This document shows, piece after piece, positions 1 through 17,013 of a stretch of 64,000 nucleotides of DNA (within the stretch, counting starts at the first letter, position 1; each line of letters opens with the position of its first letter). Origin of the DNA: the human T2T-CHM13v2.0 reference genome, Homo sapiens; assembly GCF_009914755.1 (NCBI RefSeq), contig NC_060947.1, one strand, 5' to 3'. A program made the translations under genes and the position numbers. The notes under the pieces were generated by a model, which did not search any database, was not told where the DNA came from, and worked only from the letters and a program-made list of their open reading frames with translations.

Positions 1-102
1 TTTTTGTGGGCAAATATATGATGTTCTCTTTTATTAATACTATAAATAATATGTACTTATTATAAGAAAAATAGCATTAGTGTAGAAAGTAAAAAGTAGA
101 AT

Positions 103-813
103 TGTTAGCAGCAGTGAATCCGTAAAGGTCTGCAGCAACTCAATTCTTGCCTCCTCAAAGGAAAGGATTCATCTGAGGGGCATAAGGCAGAGAGAGAGAC
201 TGAGGCAAGTTTTTGAGCAGGAGTGAGAGTTTATTAAAAAGTTTTAGAGCAGGAAGGAAAGGAAGTAAAGCACACTTGGAAGAGGGCCAAGAGGGCAACT
301 TGAGAGATCCAACTGCCCTACTTGGCCCTTGACTTAGGGTTTCATACATTGGCATAATTCCAAAGTTTGCATCTTTTCTCCCCTGATTCTTCCCTTGGGG
401 TGGGCTGTCTGCATGAGCAGTAGCCTGCCAGCACTTGGGAGGGGCCGCACGCACAGTGTGTTTACTTAGGTTGTGCGCATGCTCATTTGAGGCATTTTTC
501 TTTTACCAGTCGAGTATTCTTAGAGGAAGGTCATATACCAGTTAAACTCCATTATTTTGCCTCTTATTGCGCATGTTTGACCCCAGTTGCCCAACTCCTG
601 AGATCATATCAGGAAGCTGTTGATCATCAGCTTCAAGTATTTTCTATCTATTGGGAGACTGCCGTTCCCTGGCACCAGCTGCGACCAATTATTATTTTAG
701 AGAGACGGTTAACAACTGCCTGACTATTACCTGACGGTCACCTAATATTCCTGGGTTGGGGGTGGGGGATCTCTCCTGCCCTGCTCATGTCTGCCTAGCT
801 ACCTATTCTGACA
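103..813 (-). mobile_element. Solo ERV1-class LTR (MER50-like)
   Basis: TG...CA termini with a 4-bp target-site duplication GAAT (99-102 and 814-817); the - strand begins tgtcagaataggtagctaggcagacatgagcagggcaggagag, as I recall for MER50; - strand AATAAA near 230. Confidence 0.8.
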
Positions 814-1760
814 GAATCTGTCCCTCATTTTCAGTGCTAGGAGTAACCACTGCTCAGATGTTTGGTGGGTATCCTTTCAGACCTCATTCTTAAGTGTATC
901 CAATCATATACACAAATATGCACATTTACTACTTGTTCCCACACACAAAAAATGGAATCACATTATACACACTTTCTTTTGCACATAACCATATACCATG
1001 AGCACCTTTTTATTTTGGTGAAGAGTTATCTCATTTTTGAATGGCTATGTGCTATTCTATTGTGTGAGTGTGCCATAATATATTTAATTACTCCTCAACA
1101 TTGGGAACATTGAGGTTGCTTTCATTTTATCATTATTACAAACAAAGAGTTTAGTGAACATTCTTCAACATGTATTTTGGTCTTGATATCTCCATAGGAT
1201 ATTTTTGTTCATCATTATTCATAACAGCAGAAGATTAGTAGCAATTTACCTGGTTAAATAAATTATGTTTAATTCCTTCCATAAGAAGAAATAATAAGAG
1301 GGAATGGTATTCAGCCACTAAACATGATGCTGCAGTAGAAATGTAACCGTATGGGGAAATGCTCATGATATACCATTAAAGGAAAAATAAAAGCAAATCT
1401 CAATATAACAGAAACCCTATTTTGTTCAACTTATATATGTGGGAAATAAGATCAGAAAGTACAAAGAAAAATGTATTTTGAGTGATAGAATTACAGGTTA
1501 TCTTTAGGGTGGGTTTCTGAGTAATTTTATCTTTACTTTTTTGTGTTTTTCTATATTTACCAAACATTTTGCATTGAGGTTTTGCTGTATTCAGTTAGAT
1601 ATTATCTTTTAAATGCTTACAAACCATAAGCAGCCTCCAGCTAAGCCCACACATTGAAAGGAAACAAAAGTTCCAGAAAACTGAGGCAATCGACTGAGAC
1701 TCTGGGTGGCTTCCGTGTCCTTCATCAGCCTGTACCACCACGGCTTAAGGTCTGTGTTGA

Positions 1761-2039
<279 letters not shown>

Positions 2040-2145
2040 TGAAGAAGGTGATTTATTTTCTTGGGTTTGGTATTAGGATGTCTTCTACACATCTTGTAAT
2101 TTACATCCTGCTAGCACTTTCTCATAAAATCAAAAGGGATAAATC

Positions 2146-2231
2146 TACTCAGAGGTTGAGGTGGAAGGATTGTTTGAGCCCAGGAGTTCAAGTCCAGCTG
2201 GGGCAACACAGTTAAGACCCTGTCTTTAGAA
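2146..2231 (+). mobile_element. Alu monomer fragment (FLAM/FRAM-like)
   Basis: ctactcagaggttgaggtggaaggattgtttgagcccaggagttcaag is diagnostic Alu monomer sequence. Confidence 0.7.
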
Positions 2232-2488
2232 ACATCAAAGGGGATGAAAGTTTTTCCAGTGAAGATTTCAAATAATTTTTTAAAAGGAGTCATTGAAAGC
2301 TGAATCTGAGTTTTTGCTGAGCCCCAAACGTTGAAAAGACATCAATTTTCTGCATGAAAATAATGGGATAGCCATTCCCTTCTGCGCTGACCAATTCTTA
2401 GTGTAAACACCACACATGACTTGGTACTTTCTTTGACTCGTGCCTAGTTTCAAGTAGTCTCCTCTCTGTTAAAATTTATATTTTAGAT

Positions 2489-2697
2489 TGGGATTGGCAA
2501 ACCACAGCCCAGGACCAGGTCAGTTGGTTTTTGTAAATAAAGTTTTATTGGAACACAGTCATGCCCATTCATTTATGTATTATCTATGGCTCATTTTGTG
2601 CTACAACAGCAGAGTAGAGTAGTTGCCACAGATACTGCATGTCCCAAAAAGTCTAAAATGCTATGTGGCCCTTTATAGGATAAGTTTGCTGACTCTT
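2489..2697. mobile_element. MER58A-like hAT-Charlie DNA transposon relic
   Basis: Core tttgtaaataaagttttattggaacacag...tggccctttat...gtttgctgac matches MER58. Confidence 0.7.
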
Positions 2698-3142
2698 ATT
2701 TTACTAAAATATCTATATTAAAATTTAGTAAAGGTCATTAGAAAAGGGAAACAATTCTTAAATTGTGACTACATTTTATGATATTTTTTCTATGTTGTGA
2801 GAATATCAAGGCTATTTTCAATCACTGTCGGATGGACCCAGGATAAGTAATCCAAATGTGACTGAGACCTATTTCATGCCTTAGTTCATAAGTGTAATTT
2901 GATTTACTGCTTGTCACCTACAAGACTGCCTTTGAAAAGGGGAAAATTTAGTTATTTATTTCTCTATGTGACACAATTTTTAAAACTAACTATTCCCTTT
3001 GTAAAAGTGGCATTGTTCGTTGTTAAAAAAAAAGATAATCAAATACACACAGAAAAAGAAAAAAAATCACAAAGATAGCATTTTGGTGAATACTTGATGC
3101 CATGTTGTACTGATTAACTTTTGTACCTTGTTGTCAAAATTA

Positions 3143-3463
<321 letters not shown>

Positions 3464-3899
3464 TCAATTATAAGTGATAGCAAAAAATCAATGCCCTAAT
3501 TTAATAATTACAGCTTGTTTTTGACCAAAAAATAGTATTACCCAGCTTGATTATTTACCGTATGCCATAGAAGTTGGCCCCAGATATTTTCCAGCTGTTT
3601 ATAAACACTAAATTCATTCTTAAACAATATATCCCAGTGAGGATACCCAAAATGAATCAGGGCCTCTGATAGCAATTCCCAAAGAAGAACCCCACAGATA
3701 TTTTGAAATAAGTGTGTAGCCTTCCAAAGAGAAAGTTATGAGGAAACTGCATTCTTTTGGATTGTTGTTTTAGACTGTGTGATTTAAAAGAAAAAAGCAG
3801 CCATAAAATTTATAAGGTTGCTTTATTATAAATATTTGAAACTGGCTGACTGTTGAAATTTTCTGACCTTGGCCAGCACAGCACAACTGCCACCATTTA

Positions 3900-4115
3900 G
3901 AGAGCACTTGAAACATCTCAGTGCTCTTTTAAGTGCTTTACGTGTTTTATCCTATTTAATCCTCACAGCAAGTCCATGAGGTGCAAATACCCCATTTTAT
4001 AGACGGAGAACCTGAGGCTGAGAGGGGTTGAGAAACTTATCCCACCTGTAAGTGACAGAAGTCAACTTCAAAGGCCATGTCTAACTGATCCCAAATGCCA
4101 TCCTCCTGACCACCA
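3900..4115 (-). mobile_element. MIR SINE
   Basis: tttaatcctcacagc...ccccattttatagacggagaacctgaggct matches the antisense MIR core. Confidence 0.7.
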
Positions 4116-4768
4116 TGACCAGAACCGAGATTTCTTAACCTGGGGACTGCAATTTCCTGGATGAGTTTTGGGGGACTGTGAACATCCTGAAACTGAACAC
4201 AAAAATGCTGTGTATTCACTTTCCCAAAGGCGGCCAGTGGCTTTCATCAGATTCCCAAAAGGGTGCCTGGCCCATATGAGATTAGGAACCACTGCAGCAA
4301 TAGAAAGGAGAATGTTGTCAATGATTTTATCTTGAAATTTCCACTGAAGTGTAATCTGATTGTGCAATGAAATTGTTGCATGCAGCTGCCAAAGCCGAGA
4401 GACGGAATGGGTGAGGACATCAACCACTCATTCATAAGGGTTGGGGCAGGGGCTCACTACACAGGTAGTTGTCACTGTGAGGCTGACAACTCACACTTCA
4501 CAGGACTAGCGCAAGAATTGTGTCTTGGCCCCAAGAGGTTCCTCTGTGGCTGCCCTTGCCATTCACCCACTTTCCAGCAAGCACAGATGTACAGGTATCA
4601 GGGAACATGGGGAAGAAACCCCAGGCTCCAGAAGCAATGGCACAGGCTCACCTTCCAAGCTCTGCTCATTTCGCTGGGACTCATTTCCCAGGGATCCCTC
4701 ACTCTGACCCATAGCCTTCCTGACCTGTTGTGTGAAACTCACTCCACAAACCCTGTACTTTCTGATAA

Positions 4769-5056
<288 letters not shown>

Positions 5057-5637
5057 TGAGGGAAAGCAACTGGTACAGAGCAGGAGAGAATGGTCCTCAG
5101 CCCCTGCCCTAAAATGTTTGTAATCTAAAACATGCGGGTGCCAAACAATTTACTGAACAACTTACATACAGCAGTGTTCTAAGAACACTATAAATATTAA
5201 CTTACTTATGCATCAGGAAACACACTGAGGTAAGTACTATCATTGCTGAAACTAACAGAAGAGTAAACAAGGACTCAGAAAGGTTAAGTGACTTGTCCAA
5301 GGTCACATAGCTAGTAAGAAGTAGACTAGCTAGTGCCAGCGTCCCTGTTCTTAACTGCAACACTATGGAGCTCCTCGAGTAGAAAATAAGTAGCAGAAAA
5401 CATCTAACCACACGTAGAGAACACATAATGGACACTATCCCATCTTCTCTCCCCCTGCCTCCCAAACACTGAATAAAAGCATTCCATGCAGGTAGAAGAT
5501 AAGGGTATCTTATGGGGAAGACATGGAGCTGAAGCTTCAGGGGATTAATTTGCAAAGCATCCACTAAGTTCATAGAACTAATGGAGGTTGTTAAGGAAGT
5601 ATGAGGCTCCATTTGTGCCCTCACTGAACTCAAAGTC

Positions 5638-5640
<3 letters not shown>

Positions 5641-5687
<47 letters not shown>
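5641..5687. repeat. (CA)n microsatellite
   Basis: Uninterrupted AC dinucleotide run of about 23 units. Confidence 0.97.
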
Positions 5688-5689
<2 letters not shown>

Positions 5690-5743
5690 TAGGACTGAAA
5701 ACACCAAGCAGTTTATAATTATGTGCCCAAATTAGAAAGACAA

Positions 5744-5801
5744 GGTTTTTGCCATAACTTTCAATGGCAAAAAACGTGATTACTTTTGCACCAACCTAAT
5801 A
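5744..5801. mobile_element. MADE1 (Hsmar1 mariner MITE), left end truncated
   Basis: ggtttttgccat...atggcaaaaa...attacttttgcaccaacctaata: palindromic core plus one intact mariner TIR ending in TA. Confidence 0.85.
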
Positions 5802-6254
5802 CAAGAAGCGCTCAGAGGAAAGAGAAACCAGCTTCCTGAGAGAAAGCAGCTTCTTGAATGCATTGGTACCTGAGCTGAAGCAGGAAATCTCTACAAAATT
5901 TCCTAAGTATGTGAGTGGAGACATTGTAAAAGGGTGTCCAGGTGAGAACAGCACAAGCAAAGGTGTGGAGGCAGGAACGAGCATGGCACGCTAGGCTGGT
6001 GCTATCGTTGGAAGGGCTGGAGATAAGTTTGGAAGAGTAGGTCTGGTTCAGGTTCTGCAAAGTGAATAACAAGGAGACAAGTGAGAGTTTTGGTTTTTGT
6101 AGGCGATGAGGAGCCACTGAAGACTTTTGAGCAGTAACATGATAAAAGGAGGCTTTTGAGAACATTATTCTAAGAGCCCATGTTCATAATCATTATATGG
6201 TACTTCCTCAATGGCAAAGGGCCTAATGCTGCATTCATTTATTCACTAGTAAAA

Positions 6255-6485
6255 GGCAAATTGGTGTAATGGTTAAGCCTGTGGGTTCTGGCATCAGAAT
6301 ACCTGGGTTGAATCCTGTCGTGATCACTTACTAGTTATATGACCTTGTACAAACCTCCTATTATTATCTCTGTGCTTCACTGTAATGTAATGCTTACCTC
6401 ATAGAATTTTTGGGTGGATTGAATGAATTAGCATTATAAAGGCCTTAGGACAATGCCTGGTACACAGTGCTGTTTTTCTGTTATT
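6255..6485 (+). mobile_element. MIR SINE
   Basis: gtgtaatggttaag...acctgggttgaatcctg...cacttactagttatatgaccttg...tgcctggtacacag. Confidence 0.75.
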
Positions 6486-6490
6486 AATAT

Positions 6491-6521
<31 letters not shown>

Positions 6522-6628
6522 TTTTTTTTTTTTACAAAGCATCTATGCACCAGGCAGTACGCTTGGTGCTAAGAATAAATTGACGCACACAACTTAAATA
6601 GTTTCTAAACTCTTGTACCGGAGCCTAG

Positions 6629-8633
<2,005 letters not shown>

Positions 8634-9149
8634 AATATTGTGTCTAAGATTATCAGGCAGCACTAGAGGGTCAGACTGGGTCTGGGTAGAGTTGGTCACA
8701 GCCAGGCTGACTTACTGCTGTCACCTGTCAGATGAAGAAGAGCAGACAAGGGTTTTTCAGTTGAAGCCCAGAACCTCCCTGGCCCTCCCTACTCTAGCTC
8801 CTGGGAATATGACTGCACCATAGGATGGACAGGGGCCCTGAGTCGGGAGGAACTGCCTTCTTCTCATGGTTGGTTCATAAAAGCATGTGAATTGTGGCAG
8901 AATCTGTGAAGAGGGGTTTGCACTGAGACGACAATATCCAGTTAAAACATTGCACCTAATGAGCAGAGCTTATAGATTTGGGTTTTCCCTCCTTTTTTAG
9001 ATTTTATTTTGTGACTTTCTCAATTCATAAAGAGATTGAAAGAACATTCACAATTTTCATTAGATTTTGATTCATCCTTCTGGTATTTCTGTATGCAAAA
9101 ACAAGCATATGTATAGATGTGTGTTTTCTTGCTTCCCTTTCTCTCTTAC

Positions 9150-10980
9150 AAAGAAAAAGTAGCATATGAACTTCTCCTCTCCATAGGCGTTGCCTCACTA
9201 GCAATGTAAGAGGGTACCTATTTTCTTATAACCTCACCAATGGAGTGCATTGTCAAGCTTTTGAAGAATTCTTGCCAATCTGATAAGTGAAAGCTTGATG
9301 GCATCTTAGTGCAGCTTTAATATATATATCTTTCATTATGAGGTTGAGCCTCTTTTCACGTTTTTAAGGGTCATTTTGTGTCTTTCTGAACTGTCATGTC
9401 TTTTTTCTTTTTTCTGTCAGGTTTTAAAGATCTCTTTACAAATTAGGGAGAGTAATACTTTAAGTTATCAGCTTTATTTGATTGAGGGTGGGTGGGTTTT
9501 TTTTTCTTTTTTTGACCATGCAGAAATTTTTCTTAATATAGCTGAATATATCAATATTTGTTTTCATTGCTTCTGGAAATTGTCATAGATAGGCTTTCTC
9601 ATGCCCAAATTATAATGACTTTTGCCAGGATTTTCCTCTAGTACTTTTAAGATTGCATTATTTTCCATTTATGTTTCTGATATAGTTTGTGTTTGTTATG
9701 GTATATGGTATTAAATATGGCTCCAAATATATAATTTTATGTGACTATTCTGTTGTTGGCAGCCCTATTTATTAAAAGACCATCTTATCATCAGGAATGA
9801 GATACCACCTTAATGGTGGTGAAATGCCACCCTAATATTATACTAAATTTCCATATGTACTTGAATCTATTTGGAGACTTCCTCTTCTGTTCTTTGGTCT
9901 CTTTGTTCATGTGCTAGCACCACACTGCTCTGATTCTGTAGAGACTTTATGATATGTTTGAATACTAGGTAGGCTAGCACCCCTCATTGCTCACCTTACT
10001 GTATAATTTCTTAGCCATTTTTACATATTTTTTAATTCTATAAACCAAAGAATCAATTTGTTTAGCTTGAAACAAACTCATTCATATTTTTGAGGAGATT
10101 GTATTTAGTTTGTATTTTAAGTTGGGAAATTTGACATCTTTATGATACTGACTTGTCCTAGTCTAGAACGAGGGAAGCTTTTTTTTTTTTTTTTTTTTTT
10201 TTTAAGACAGAGTCTTGCTCTATCACTCAGGCTGGAATGCAGTGGTATGATCTAGGCCTACTGCAACCTCCACCTTCCAGGCTTAAGTGATTTTCATGTC
10301 CCACCCTCCCGAGTAGCTTGGACTACAGTTGTGCACAACCACAGCTGGCTAATTTTTGTATTTTTAGTAGAGACAGGGTTTCGCCATGTTGTTCAGGATG
10401 GTCTCGAACTCCTGGCCTCAAGTGATCCACTCACCTCAGCCTCCCAGAGTGCTGGGATTACAGGCGTGAGCCACTGCGCCTGGCCAGGGATGCTTTTTTA
10501 TATAGTCAAGTCTACATTTGCATTTTTCAGCAGTGTTTTAAAGTCGTCCCCATTTTAGAGGGGCACACTTTTTTAGTGTTTTATTTTGGTGGCGTTGCTA
10601 TTATAAATGGGGTTTTCTCTTACATGATAACTTCTAAGTGGTTACTGTAGGTATATGTGAAGGCTATTGATTTTGTATGTTAATTTTATATCCTGCTCTC
10701 CTAGTGAATTCCTTTATTCTTTAAGTCTGTTCTAACATTGATACTCTCAGATTTTCCAGGTATACACTAAAATGCTTGCAAATAAAGAGACTTTTTCTTT
10801 TCCAGTTATTGGGGCTCTAATTGTTCTTGCTTTCCAATTGCATTGGTTAACACCTTCAACATAATGTTAAGAGTGATTATTATAGTGAGCGTCCTTGCCT
10901 TATTTCTGACCTCAATTGAAATGTCTGTTGTGTTTCCACATTTTAAAAGTTGCTAGCTTTAGGACTTAGATGTAAATATT
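9150..10980 (-). mobile_element. Ancient L1 (L1M) fragments interrupted by an Alu
   Basis: Antisense L1 ORF2/3'-like motifs (gccaatctgataag, ttttcctctagtac, gctattgattttgtatgttaattttatatcctg, gtccttgccttatttctgacc). Confidence 0.65.
10179..10484 (-). mobile_element. Alu (antisense)
   Basis: Poly-T followed by the reverse-complement Alu body; near-TSD agggaagctttt / agggatgctttt. Confidence 0.93.
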
Positions 10981-11049
10981 TTATATATTTTATCATTGAT
11001 CATAACTCTCATCATCTAAAACATTGGGTTTCTTGTTGTTTTTGTTTAG

Positions 11050-11124
11050 CTTCCAGAAAAGCGTCCCACATTTCAGCAACTCCTGTCTTCCATTGAACCA
11101 CTTCGGGAAAAAGACAAGCATTGA
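11050..11124 (+). CDS. BMX: BMX last coding exon (LPEKRPTFQQLLSSIEPLREKDKH*)
   Basis: Pyrimidine tract with tag acceptor at 11047-11049; kinase subdomain XI motif P.KRPTF; TGA at 11122-11124. Confidence 0.96.
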   Translation, partial: LPEKRPTFQQLLSSIEPLREKDKH

Positions 11125-11474
11125 AGAAGAAATTAGGAGTGCTGATAAGAATGAATATAGATGCTGGCCAGCATTTTCATTCATTTTAAGGAAAGTAGCA
11201 AGGCATAATGTAATTTAGCTAGTTTTTAATAGTGTTCTCTGTATTGTCTATTATTTAGAAATGAACAAGGCAGGAAACAAAAGATTCCCTTGAAATTTAG
11301 ATCAAATTAGTAATTTTGTTTATGCTGCTCCTGATATAACACTTTCCAGCCTATAGCAGAAGCACATTTTCAGACTGCAATATAGAGACTGTGTTCATGT
11401 GTAAAGACTGAGCAGAACTGAAAAATTACTTATTGGATATTCATTCTTTTCTTTATATTGTCATTGTCACAACA

Positions 11475-11480
11475 ATTAAA
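11475..11480 (+). terminator. BMX: BMX polyadenylation signal (ATTAAA variant)
   Basis: ATTAAA about 350 nt after the stop codon, followed by U/GU-rich sequence. Confidence 0.65.
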
Positions 11481-11929
11481 TATACTACCAAGTACAGAAA
11501 TGTGGACATTTGTCTTAATATTTCAATGTTTTCAAACTTCAGTAGGCATGATAATCAAATGCAGAGTTTATGAAAAGATTCCTAGAAACTACCTCCATAA
11601 AACCTGGCGGAGGAGGTCTGAGTGCAGCCTGTGAATTTGTATTTTTAGCAAACTCCCAGATGTTACTGAAGCAGTTGTTCTGAACTGCCCTAGGGGACCT
11701 CATTATATGGTGGGGTATCATTAGGTGGTCCATTACCCAATCCAAATGGCACAATTCTCGTCTAATATCCAGATTAGTACAATGACTCTTTATGTCATGT
11801 ATAAAACTAAAGTTAAATAATATTAAATAATACATTAAATATGTTCACATAAAGCAAATTTTTTAAGATGCTGAGGTACAATTTCTAGAATTAATTACAT
11901 TGTTGCTTTCTAATCATCTTTTTTTTTTA

Positions 11930-12690
11930 TATAAGTAGACAGTTTATTTGGGTCAAGTTTAAGGATTATAACCTGGGAGCAAAGACTCAAGTTGCCTGGA
12001 ATCTACACTTTGATTAGCAGCAGTTGCAAGAGGAGTTGTAAAGACAAAAACAAAGGGACAGAGAGTGGGCTGATACAGAGTTGTTTGTCAGAAATTTTTA
12101 TTTATTTAAAGAAATAACATTGGTTATTGATTAGATATATATCATTATGGTTTAGGGTATGAGATATAGTGTCCAATGTGGTATTATTAGTTTAATATAT
12201 ATCTACTTGTGGCAATAGTGAACAGTTTCAAGAGATGAATACATAATTTAAAGGGGGAGAACGACATAACTGCACGTTCATTTCAATGTCTGAGTTTGAT
12301 AACCAAAAGTACTTTCATTTTTTAGATAAAAATTTTCTATTTCCCAAATCTCAAGACCTGGATACAAAATGTAGAGCTGCAGATTTAAGGCCTGAATGGC
12401 TGGAGTAGCAGGTGTTACCTGAACATTTGTGAACATTTTACCAAGAGAAAAAAGGGGAAAGTGGAGATTCTCATGTCTACATGTGTACTCAATGAACACA
12501 TGTTACTCTGATTAGGTTTGTGGGCCCCATGGTCTCCGAATCAGTTTCAGGTCTGAAGATAACAAGAGTCATTGAGGGAAATAAAACGATTGATTGTTGC
12601 CCAGTGAAGTTGGTAGAAATTAGGATGAACTATGTATGACATGGTGCTGTAAATTCTTCTACTTGTGGACTAATTTTGGTGACCATCTGT
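11930..12690 (-). mobile_element. Probable ERV1-class LTR/internal fragment
   Basis: LTR-like antisense features (agtttatttggg, gattagcagcagtt, gttgtttgtcag); the family could not be resolved by eye. Confidence 0.35.
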
Positions 12691-14309
12691 CTAATCATCT
12701 TAAATCCTTGAGTTTGGGGATCTGGGGCTTCTGGCTAGTTTGATAACTGAAGTTTCTATTTCAGTCTGCTATCTTAACACAAAAATACAGAAGTACTATT
12801 TTAGCTTCTCATGCCTATTACTAAATAGTATTTCACCTTTAAAACAGTACCTGCGGATGCCCTTCTTCACGGCCTGCTACCGAACCCACAGGTTTTAACC
12901 TCTTTCTGAGTATTCCATTGTCTTTTCTATAATGTCAAGAAGGGAGAGACAGATTCTGTAGAGGGCACCATTACAATGAAGAGACACCCCAATTAAACCC
13001 TGCTGCTATTTTCCAGAGATCAGTCAATAATCTCTCAGAGACACTTATATCCTCTCTCATCCCACTCTGTCCTTCAGCCACCAGCTAGTTTCAATGCTCC
13101 CTCTTGCTTATTTGTTTCTTGACATTTCATTAATAATTCCTTCATTTCAACACAGAATTGACACTCGTTAACAGTCTTCTATTTTTTACAGAGGTACACA
13201 AATCTCAATTTATAATTAAATGTAACTCAAAATAATCACTAGGGCATTTGTATATTTTATTTTTGTGGGTTTTTTTTGTAGTGTTGACTGTATGCTAGGT
13301 TCTTTCCTACCCAAGAGAAAAGAAAGAACAGGTGACCCAAACCCTCTTTCTCAATGGACCCACAGTCCGATGGGGGTGCCAGCCTTTCCTGCACCAAAGA
13401 CTGTTTCCCCACTCAGAGGATGAGCTCATGCACAAGCTGGGTCTTTCTGGTCTCCCTCTCGAAGATTTTTTTCCTTTCTTCTTCTTATTTTTGTATATTT
13501 ACCTTTTAAAAATAATCCTCTTTATAACAAAATACACGCTTGTTGCAAAAATTGTTTACTATGAAAAGAGGCCAAAGCCCTGCTTAGAAGCCTAGCTGCA
13601 AAAATCAAGTCAGGCAGCAATTTAAGGTACCACTAGAGGTTTATCAGAAAACAAGTCCAGTGATGCTAGGAGGAGCCAAGTAAAAGAACACTATTCATAG
13701 TATTTCAAACGTGCACAATGATTTTTTAATGCTGTATAACTGTGTTTAGTGGTGATATGCAGAATTTATTGTTGTTATCTTAAACCAAGTGTCTGCCTAC
13801 ACTCTTTTGGCAGTGAAGAAAAAGGAAGACTATGTGGTAAGAAACTTTCCCAAAGGGCAGGCTGCAGAGCAAGTTCAGATAAATCACTTGCTAGGTAAAA
13901 TCCAACAGATGCTCCCTCGTCTTGCTGAGCATTTTCTGACCTACCAGAAGTCAAACACAAAGTCAAGAGGGTCTGGCAAAACTCACCTCATATCTACTTG
14001 AGTTTATTAAGATTCCAACACAGTAGATTTAGCAAGTTGAGTTTCTCAGTTTTTATTCTATCTTGAGAGTGGGTTTATGAGGAGGAGAGATTGGACCTAA
14101 GGCCCCATCTTTACCTAAATGTGGAGGGAGGAGGCTCTCAAATTAGGAAGAATAGTTCATTGAGAGACACCAGAGAAGAGGAAGCTAGCACCTGCCATTT
14201 CTGGCCTGATCACTATGTTTCTCTGGTCTGTGAGCTCCACAATGGACCTTTTGCATTTGCAGTTTCATTTAATCCTTGCTTCCGTATAGCCCAGGGTTTG
14301 GCAAAGTTT

Positions 14310-14982
<673 letters not shown>

Positions 14983-16009
14983 TCAGAGGATGCTGCTACA
15001 CAGGAGAAGGACCACAAGCGTTACCTGGTGGGCACAGTGAGGACTGTTCTGGAGAAAACCCCAAAATTAAGTTACGGAAATAAGCAGGTTTTTCTTTCTG
15101 TGTTACAGTTGGACACTATGTCACATGCACATGGGTCCTTTGCCATGTCTGGGGAGGCTCTTTTGAAGGTGTTAGATGATGAAATTGGTTCCTGCAGAAA
15201 TTATTCTTGCACTGTGCTGAACCAAGTTTATGAACTTCATAAAGATCTTGTGGCAACTACAAAGGATGTTTAGATAGCAGTAGCTTGACAGAAGATTTTC
15301 ATGATATATTAGAGAAGATGGGACATATGCAAGATAAAAGAAAAAACTGTCTATGAAATGGTTGCTTAGCCAAGGAGTAAATTATATTGTATGTTGCCCC
15401 AAGCTGTGGGCCCAGTGAATGGCAGGATGGTGCAGATGGTGATGCGAAATGTTGATTGTATCTCGTAAAATAACAAAGAACTCTATCTCTGCTACCTGGG
15501 TATCAGATAATTAAGACATCAAAGAGCCTCAAATGACCCTTATTTTGAGGTTATTTTACAGATTATGAAAGTCATCTTCCCTTCACTTGGCTAACTGATC
15601 CACAATTACCATAGAGAATTTATGAAGTACAAAGTCATTGTAACATTATGCTGGTCACCACATAGAATGAGTTAATGCATAGAGTTTAGATATGTTAATC
15701 TATTTAATCTAGTTTTAACCAGTCTTCAGGTATCTAAGAAATGCTGTGCTCACACTGGGGTAGTGACTGTGAGAAATATAAAAGCAGCATCAGGTTTGGT
15801 TCCTAACCTGATGGTGTATACACTCTGTACACAACTTTTTTGGGACTAGTTTTACAATTACTTTGTACAATAAAGCAATCTGAGAATTTGCAATACATCA
15901 CGAGACATTTGGAAGGCCAGGAGCCCCAGACACTCAGATGATAACTTTGTTCATAGAACTGAAAAGCAGACAAAACGTAAAGAAGCCCCAGCACATAAGT
16001 AAGCACAAG

Positions 16010-16881
16010 GAGTGTGTAAATCTAGCATTTATTGAGTGTCTGCTTTGTGCTCAGCACTGCTCAAACACTGTGAGCAAATACAAAAGATTTAAGAGACTGG
16101 GTACCCACTTCAGAGGGTGAACATACAGTTGGAATTTCCATTCACTCCACAGTTAGAGAACAGTAGAAATGAGTTTCTATCAGGCATGCTCTGGGAGTTC
16201 ACGGAGGCCCCTGGCTCTAGTTTTGTGTTGTCAGGGAGATGTTGATCAAGCACCTTGGAAGTGAAAAAGCAATGTCCTCTACCTGTTCCCTGGATTCTTC
16301 TCTCTTTAGACCTGTCACCTTGAAGAAAGCATGATCGATTCCAAACATCACTGTAGGCAAATCACCATAGTACTTGAACTGAGTTACTGTGAAGAAAGCA
16401 TGTCATCCTTGACAATGGATTAAATGAAAGTGAGCTAATGCATGCCATTCTCAATCCTTGCAGCTACACCAGTTCCCAGGCACTGTCCTTACAAGTGATC
16501 CATCCATATTCCATACAAGATCCAACACTTGCTCCAATGATATATCCTTGTTTTCAACTTCAGAAATTCAACAGACATTTACATTTAGATTATCCCTGAA
16601 CAGCCTGTGAGACCAAATACACACTTTCCCTAATATACTCTAATACAAAATCCTTATTAAGAAACAGAACAGAAGTCAAATCCAGAGACAGAAATAAATA
16701 CTGAAAGCAATGTCAATGAAGATGCTCTCTCCTTGGCCATGTTGTCTTTGGACAATTTTTTTTCTGAACAGAGTCATAGTTTTGACATTTAATGATATCT
16801 TTATCATCTTATATTTTCTATACCATGAAATTAACATTTACATACAACAAAATCACCTCAAGAGGAAAAACATAGATTTTT
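16010..16881 (-). other. ACE2: ACE2 3' UTR
   Basis: Lies between the TAG stop (16882-16884) and the AATAAA (16028-16033); cleavage expected about 20 nt downstream of the signal. Confidence 0.85.
16028..16033 (-). terminator. ACE2: ACE2 polyadenylation signal AATAAA
   Basis: tttatt on the + strand; GU/U-rich element downstream on the - strand. Confidence 0.85.

Positions 16882-17013
<132 letters not shown>

Noticed and set aside
155-1113. ORFs of 78-99 aa at the window start
   Set aside because: They lie in the LTR or in AT-rich intron, with no recognisable protein similarity or splice context.
14990-15460. Coding-looking intergenic stretch (81-aa ORF at 15028-15273)
   Set aside because: I could not match it to any protein or transposase with confidence, and it is interrupted by stops; tblastx/Dfam would be needed.
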